Positions 58,758-64,000 of a DNA stretch of 64,000 bases are shown here, piece by piece. The notes under the pieces were generated by a model that saw only the letters and a list, made by a program, of their open reading frames with translations, searched no databases and was not told the DNA's origin. Position 1 is the stretch's first letter. Every line of letters begins with the position of its first letter. Origin of the DNA: Candidatus Obscuribacterales bacterium (GTDB lineage Bacteria; Cyanobacteriota; Vampirovibrionia; Obscuribacterales; Obscuribacteraceae); the NCBI GenBank assembly GCA_965228855.1, contig CBDDIJ010000002.1, positions 1,504,001 to 1,568,000 on the forward strand. Direction: 5' to 3'. Position numbers and translations under genes: made by a program.

Positions 58758-61091
58758 TCATTTTTTTCCGGGATCCAGCTCGTGAAGGTCATCAAGTTGC
58801 AAGGCGGTGGCCGCTTCCGAAATGGCTTTCGTGTGTGTCGGTCGCTCGCCCCATCCCTTGACTATTTTGATGACAAGATTGGGATTTTGCTTTTCCAACC
58901 AGGCGCGACCTTTATCTGAAATTGCCGTTTGTATTCCGGTTCTCAGCACCACAAGGTTTGGTAGCTTGGCCAGAAGCGGCAGTGATTTATCGGTTACGTT
59001 GGGATTGTGCGCAAGGTTTAGTTTGCGCAAATGCTTTTGATGCGACAGATAAGCCACTCCTTTATCAGAAACATTGCAGTCTTCAAGACCGAGAGTGTCC
59101 AGGTTCTTCCCGCTGAGAATGCGTAAGCCTTCGTCTCCAATCGGATTCGAGCCGAAATCCAGCGCGTTTATGCGAGGCATTTTTACCAGCATTCTCAAGT
59201 GCTCTGGCGTGATGCGGTCGAGTGCTTCCAGATCAAGAGATTGAAGATTCGGCATTTTGTAGAGAGTCGGAAAAATGTCTCCGGTCGTGCGGGTGTGTCC
59301 CATCAAGAGCGACTGAAGATTTGGTAGTGCGTTTGACTCTTGCAGCTTTTTCAAACCCGCATTAGTAATTTTGGTGCCTCGTAAGCTCAACTTCTTGATC
59401 TGCGGAACGCCCTTCAGCGCTTCAACATCAGAGTCGCCGAATTGCGTGTCGGTGAGATCAAGCATGTAGAGTGACGACATGTTTTTCAATTCCGATAAGG
59501 CGCTCCAGTCGATTGCCGACATCTCGATCCCGCCGATTCCGAGGGTCGTCGGTCGGTACTTCATTGCGATGTCTTCGAAGGCTGCACGGTTTAGAACGCC
59601 AGAGACGAGAATGTCATTCGGTACGCGTCTCTTTTCGACTCGGTAATCAATCTTGCCGCCACCGACTACAGGTCTTTCATAACTCGGAAAGCCGGTAATA
59701 GTCTGGCTGCGCTCTTTCTGCAGGCGTTTCTCTGCTTTGGCAGCCTTGGTTTGTTCAGTTTTTGCATTCTCCTGTTGGAGATAAAAACCAATTCCAGTTG
59801 CCACCACAATAGCACTACAGGCGATGGCACCTATCAGGATTCTCGTGGATGTCGATGTCGGCTTACTGGGCTCCACTGATTCGGTATGAACGTCCTCGTC
59901 ATGAGCATATCCAAGAGCTTCGCCGACCTCTTTCATGTTTTGAAACCGATCCGCCGGTCGTTTCTTCAAACACTTTTCGATGGCGTCGAGCATATTTTGC
60001 GGGAGCTCTTGTTCCGCAATGGCGGCGACAGCAACCGGCTCTTCATTTGCATGTTTGTTCAAAACGTCGAGAGCGGTTTCGCCAAGAAAAGGCGGACGAC
60101 CGGTAAGCGATTCATATAGAACACAGCCAAGTGAGTAGATTTCCGAGCGCGCATCATACTTGTATCCACGAACCTGATCCGGCGACATATATGCTGGTGT
60201 GCCAGTAATGGTCTTGCCTGCCATCGACGTCTTCTCTTGATCCTGATCCGCCACCATGGCGATACCAAAATCGATCAGTTTGACGAAAGTCGATCCATCC
60301 TTTTTCGTATACAGTAAGATATTTTCCGGCTTCAAATCGCGATGCATAACTGAGTGATTGTGGCAGTAGACCAGGGCATCGATGAGTTGAGCAAAGACTT
60401 TATTGGCAAAGTCGACGGTGAGCGGGCCGTGATCGGCAAGCTCGAGACTTAGCGGCGTGCCCTTGCCGTACTCCAGCACCATATATGGTGACCCTTGCGG
60501 TGTTGCGCCGAAATCAAGAATTTGAACTATATTGGGGTGTTCGAGTTTGCTGAGAACCCTTGCCTCGTTTTGGAACGCCACGAGCTGCGGGCCCATCAGT
60601 GCTGAATGGAGAGTCTTCACGGCAACGCGCTTGTTCAAATTTACATCGTGACAGAGGTAGACGCTGCCGATCGCGCCCATTCCGATTCGCTTGATCGGCT
60701 GATATCGGTCGACGGGAAATGTTTCTGACCCAATGGAAAGTGATTCGTCAACTTCAAACTCTTCTTCCTCTTCCTCAAGCAAGAGCGTTTGTGCCGCCAG
60801 CGTTTCACTCGTGTCGTGGAACGCGGCCGCGCCGAACTTGCCTGACGTCGGCGTGCCGCAACTGCACAGGTCGTAGCGAAAAATAAATTGCGTGAAAGAG
60901 CCTGAGCGACCTTTGTTTATGCGCTTTCCGCATGTGCTGCACAGGTCTACTGACAGTTTCTGAGCTTCAGGATCGGGTGTAGATACGATATCGCAACGGC
61001 AGCATGTGATCCACTCGGTCATCGAGCCCGAGCCACTGGCGAACTTCGGCATCTTGCATCTTGGACAGGTTGTAGCGTTAGAAGGCGGCAT
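58758..61091 (-). CDS. Ser/Thr kinase: Cys-rich N-terminus, kinase, TM, leucine-rich repeats
   Basis: IGMGAIGSVY, VAVK, HRDLKPEN, DFG, GTPAYMSPDQ; TM ILIGAIACSAIVVATGIGFYL; LxxLxL repeats. Confidence 0.92.
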   Translation of the reverse strand: MPPSNATTCPRCKMPKFASGSGSMTEWITCCRCDIVSTPDPEAQKLSVDLCSTCGKRINKGRSGSFTQFIFRYDLCSCGTPTSGKFGAAAFHDTSETLAAQTLLLEEEEEEFEVDESLSIGSETFPVDRYQPIKRIGMGAIGSVYLCHDVNLNKRVAVKTLHSALMGPQLVAFQNEARVLSKLEHPNIVQILDFGATPQGSPYMVLEYGKGTPLSLELADHGPLTVDFANKVFAQLIDALVYCHNHSVMHRDLKPENILLYTKKDGSTFVKLIDFGIAMVADQDQEKTSMAGKTITGTPAYMSPDQVRGYKYDARSEIYSLGCVLYESLTGRPPFLGETALDVLNKHANEEPVAVAAIAEQELPQNMLDAIEKCLKKRPADRFQNMKEVGEALGYAHDEDVHTESVEPSKPTSTSTRILIGAIACSAIVVATGIGFYLQQENAKTEQTKAAKAEKRLQKERSQTITGFPSYERPVVGGGKIDYRVEKRRVPNDILVSGVLNRAAFEDIAMKYRPTTLGIGGIEMSAIDWSALSELKNMSSLYMLDLTDTQFGDSDVEALKGVPQIKKLSLRGTKITNAGLKKLQESNALPNLQSLLMGHTRTTGDIFPTLYKMPNLQSLDLEALDRITPEHLRMLVKMPRINALDFGSNPIGDEGLRILSGKNLDTLGLEDCNVSDKGVAYLSHQKHLRKLNLAHNPNVTDKSLPLLAKLPNLVVLRTGIQTAISDKGRAWLEKQNPNLVIKIVKGWGERPTHTKAISEAATALQLDDLHELDPGKK

Positions 61092-61286
61092 AGGGTTCCA
61101 GGTTTGTCGGCGCAGAGTTGCGCTCTGACTATTATTCCCGCCTGACGCGGAAATTCGACCCTCGCGAAAACTCTTGATATTTGTCGTAAACTGAGCAGTC
61201 TGAGGGCGAAAAGGAAACCTATATGAAGAAACGCCGAAATCGCTCGCCTGCGAAGTAAAAATAGGAACAGGTTGCCTGGAGTTCGC

Positions 61287-62282
61287 ATGAAAGTTTCATT
61301 TGTAATCACTCCTGCGGTTGTTCTAGCGCTGAGCGGTTGTTTTCGCCCGGCCCTCTGTGAAGAGGAATCGCCCCTGCCGATAAGAACAGCTGACTTCTTG
61401 ACGCTGTCAGAGATTAAGCTTGAGCCGATTATTAAAACGTACTTCCCGCACGCTGAATTTCATCGAAGTGCCAATTCGCTTCATGGCGAATTCAAGGCCG
61501 CCAAGACTGTCATCATGGATGGTGTCACTAAAACCATACCACGCACTGATGGCATTGTTCTGGAGATAGATGTGAAACCCGGTCCCTACCGGAAGAAACA
61601 CATTATGCCGCTCACGACTTACGAGACTCTTTATTACTCTGTATTGTGGACATTCTGCAACGAGGCGGAAAACAAACACGTCATAGTCAAGCTGCTCTGC
61701 CCGCACGACATGCCGGTTCCCATCGCAGATGATTTGAGGGGGGATATAAACGGTTTCGTTCAAAGTATCGAATCGATATCGCCCATCGCTGTGAAACAAA
61801 TGAACGCGTCTGATTCCGGCGAAGGGTCTGCGACAACCGAGACTTCCGCGAAGGTTGTGGATGCTAAGTCGCATGGAGATTCGGATTCGACTGCCATAAG
61901 CGAGAAGTCATCGCCCAAACCCACGAAAGAATATTTCGAGAGTTGGTTCAGCAATTTTTATTCGGAACTCGAAAAGGCGAAGAAGACTGATGAGGTGACG
62001 CCGTATTTTTCAACCTCGTTTAAACTGACTAAACTTCCTCCGATAGGCGAGGCTGAAGGCGCCATGCCGGATTCTGCGGTGTTGAGTCAGGTGAGAAAGG
62101 TTTCCGCGCTTTCCAGTTGGGCGATTGAGAAGGTTCAAGCGCGCGGGGCAGAATGCGCTGATGTGGTCATTAATGGCGAAGGTTTTTCGAAGAAACCGAC
62201 ACATGCAATTTTTCGCATGGTCGCGGAAAATGGCAATTGGCGCATCGATGACGGCTGGACAAGCGCGCCGCGGGAGATTTAG
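61287..62282 (+). CDS. secreted two-domain hypothetical protein (C-terminal NTF2-like)
   Basis: Signal peptide; S/T-rich linker; FRMVAENGNWRIDD. Confidence 0.7.
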   Translation: MKVSFVITPAVVLALSGCFRPALCEEESPLPIRTADFLTLSEIKLEPIIKTYFPHAEFHRSANSLHGEFKAAKTVIMDGVTKTIPRTDGIVLEIDVKPGPYRKKHIMPLTTYETLYYSVLWTFCNEAENKHVIVKLLCPHDMPVPIADDLRGDINGFVQSIESISPIAVKQMNASDSGEGSATTETSAKVVDAKSHGDSDSTAISEKSSPKPTKEYFESWFSNFYSELEKAKKTDEVTPYFSTSFKLTKLPPIGEAEGAMPDSAVLSQVRKVSALSSWAIEKVQARGAECADVVINGEGFSKKPTHAIFRMVAENGNWRIDDGWTSAPREI

Positions 62283-62294
62283 CGTTTGGTTCGC

Positions 62295-64000
62295 TCAATA
62301 ATCCAGGTCTGCACCGGCTGCCGGTAGTACTTCGATTACTTGTTGATCGAGTCCTTCAATAAGACGCCACTGGTCCGGGTCCGCCCAGTACTTTCGAGCC
62401 TGTGGAAGTTCGAGGTAAGCCCTCAAATCTTTGTCCTCTAGTGCGGCTTTGATTCGTGGGTTATTTGTCGAAGGCGGGGGACCGCCTTTCCATGCCCGGA
62501 AATATTTCGCGAACTCCGGATCTTTCATGTCGCTCTTGTACTTCGAATATAGGGAGCGAGCTGCCGGCGTGGTCAGCATCGTATTTGAGCCTTTAAGCAT
62601 CTGCTCTGTTTTGGAATTTCCAGCTGCAACCTGGGCAAGATTGAAGTTGAAATTGTCTTTAAACGCGCTGTCAAATTGGATTTTGCAATCTGGCTTCTTC
62701 GCCTTGAATTCTGCAATCTCGTTGGTTTTAATTTTAGGGACGTCAATCAGCTCCAGAAGTGTAAGGTTTGGGAGAGTGGCCAGCGGCTCAAGGCTGCTGT
62801 TGGTCAGATGAATGCAGTTGTTTAAGCTAACCGACTGCAATGTCTTTATCTTGGATAGGGTTCGAACGCCCTCATCCGTAATTGCCGTATCGTCCAGCTG
62901 GATTTCTCGCAGGTTTGGAAGACTGGTAAGTGGCTCCAGTCCGGCATCTGAGATGTTTATCGCATTGGCGCTTAGCTTGTACAGTTTTTTTACTTTGCCG
63001 ATTTCCTTCATTCCCTGGTCACCAACAGTAGTATCACTTATGTTTATCTCCACGAGTCTGGGAAGCTTCGCCAAAATTCCGAAAGACTTGCCTGTGATTG
63101 CGCTGTGTTGGAGAAAAAGCCTTTTTACGTCAGCGCCGTGTCTTTTGATCAGGCGTTTCATCTGCGCGTCGTTGTATGCGCTTTCTGCAGTTAGCATGTC
63201 GCCATCTTGTTTGATGCTGTCGACTTGCGCATCGGTGGAGAGTCTTTCGCCAGGTTCAGCACGCCTGGCCGCCTGCTTCGGCTTGCCGTCCCCCGTAAGG
63301 TAGATTCCCAATGCCGCTGTGACGCTAATTGCCGCGACCGTAGCCGTAACTCCGATGGCCTTAACGCTTCCCGGCAGTTTGTGGAATGATGCGATCGCGC
63401 CATCCGTATGTGGTATCGAATCTGATGTCGTGGTTGTGGCGGTTTCTCCACTCAATTCTGCCTCCAGAAAAGCTGCTTGTAGCGCTTTGCTGACGTCGCT
63501 GGCTGACTGAAATCGGTCTTCCGGATCTTTGGCAAGGCAGCCTGCAATGACGTTGTCGAGTCTTTGCGGATAGTCGTCCGCTATAAAATTCTTGAGAATT
63601 GGGATTGGTGCATCGGCGTGCTGACGTAGAATTTCCAATGCGGTTTCACCTGAAAACGGTGGTTTGCCGGTAAGAGACTCGAACAGAACGCAACCCAAAG
63701 CGTAAACTTCCGAGCGCGAGTCGTATTCTTTGCCGCGCGCCTGGTCGGGTGACATATAGGCCGGCGTCCCCACAATCGTGGCTTGCTGCCCATCGTCGTC
63801 GGCCGCTTGATTTTCCGCGACTCCGAAATCGAATAGCTTTACTGTGGATACTTCGCCGTTTTCGACCATCAATATATTTGACGGTTTTACGTCGCGGTGG
63901 AAAACAGAGTGATTGTGACAATACTGTAGAGCCGCAGCGAGACTGGTAAAAACGGAGATTGCCGTAGACCAATGCAGGGGACCATGCGTGCGCAGAGTTT
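62295..64000 (-). CDS. Ser/Thr kinase with TM and leucine-rich repeats (5'-truncated by window)
   Basis: Frame is open to the window edge: ..LQYCHNHSVFHRDVKPSNIL..DFG..GTPAYMSPDQ; TM; LRRs (LPNLREIQLDDTAITDEG). Confidence 0.92.
   Translation of the reverse strand, partial: TLRTHGPLHWSTAISVFTSLAAALQYCHNHSVFHRDVKPSNILMVENGEVSTVKLFDFGVAENQAADDDGQQATIVGTPAYMSPDQARGKEYDSRSEVYALGCVLFESLTGKPPFSGETALEILRQHADAPIPILKNFIADDYPQRLDNVIAGCLAKDPEDRFQSASDVSKALQAAFLEAELSGETATTTTSDSIPHTDGAIASFHKLPGSVKAIGVTATVAAISVTAALGIYLTGDGKPKQAARRAEPGERLSTDAQVDSIKQDGDMLTAESAYNDAQMKRLIKRHGADVKRLFLQHSAITGKSFGILAKLPRLVEINISDTTVGDQGMKEIGKVKKLYKLSANAINISDAGLEPLTSLPNLREIQLDDTAITDEGVRTLSKIKTLQSVSLNNCIHLTNSSLEPLATLPNLTLLELIDVPKIKTNEIAEFKAKKPDCKIQFDSAFKDNFNFNLAQVAAGNSKTEQMLKGSNTMLTTPAARSLYSKYKSDMKDPEFAKYFRAWKGGPPPSTNNPRIKAALEDKDLRAYLELPQARKYWADPDQWRLIEGLDQQVIEVLPAAGADLDY

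Noticed and set aside
1..64000. Numerous 60-210 aa ORFs overlapping confident genes (e.g. 10535-11164, 43985-44623, 54019-54663)
   Set aside because: Antisense or alternate-frame shadows of well-supported CDSs
58758..64000. Diversity-generating retroelement TR/VR pair between the kinase paralogues
   Set aside because: Similarity is ordinary codon-level paralogy, not adenine-specific, and no RT is in the window

Overview
This 64-kb window is bacterial chromosomal DNA, mostly housekeeping genes: rpsU (missed by the ORF track), an EF-G paralogue, aspS, comM/yifB, queD, lysC, murA, rluD, lspA, mdh, an ftsH paralogue, an lnt-like gene, cobS, tpiA, prfA-prmC, hslO, rpmB, mglA, tRNA-Leu(GAG) and tRNA-Ser(GGA). 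These are interleaved with many secreted/TPR/VWA proteins and three eukaryote-type Ser/Thr kinases. Cyanobacteria-like orthologues, no photosynthesis genes and an expanded kinase/TPR set suggest a non-photosynthetic cyanobacterial relative (Melainabacteria/Obscuribacterales-like); this is inference only. I found no integrase, transposase, CRISPR array or rRNA. The best candidate for an under-described system is a set of single-pass receptor-like kinases (kinase-TM-LRR twice, kinase-TM-TPR once). One carries a tandem CxxC-x8-SGSxTxxI-CxC module and another an N-terminal TxxD array, and the LRR pair lies next to an orphan MglA GTPase and a 7x17-bp tandem repeat. Also notable: an Lnt with catalytic Cys->Ser, a TIM-barrel sugar isomerase that has lost its metal ligands, a frameshifted TPR gene, and several structured intergenic RNA candidates. 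All calls are from reading the sequence by eye; no searches were run.
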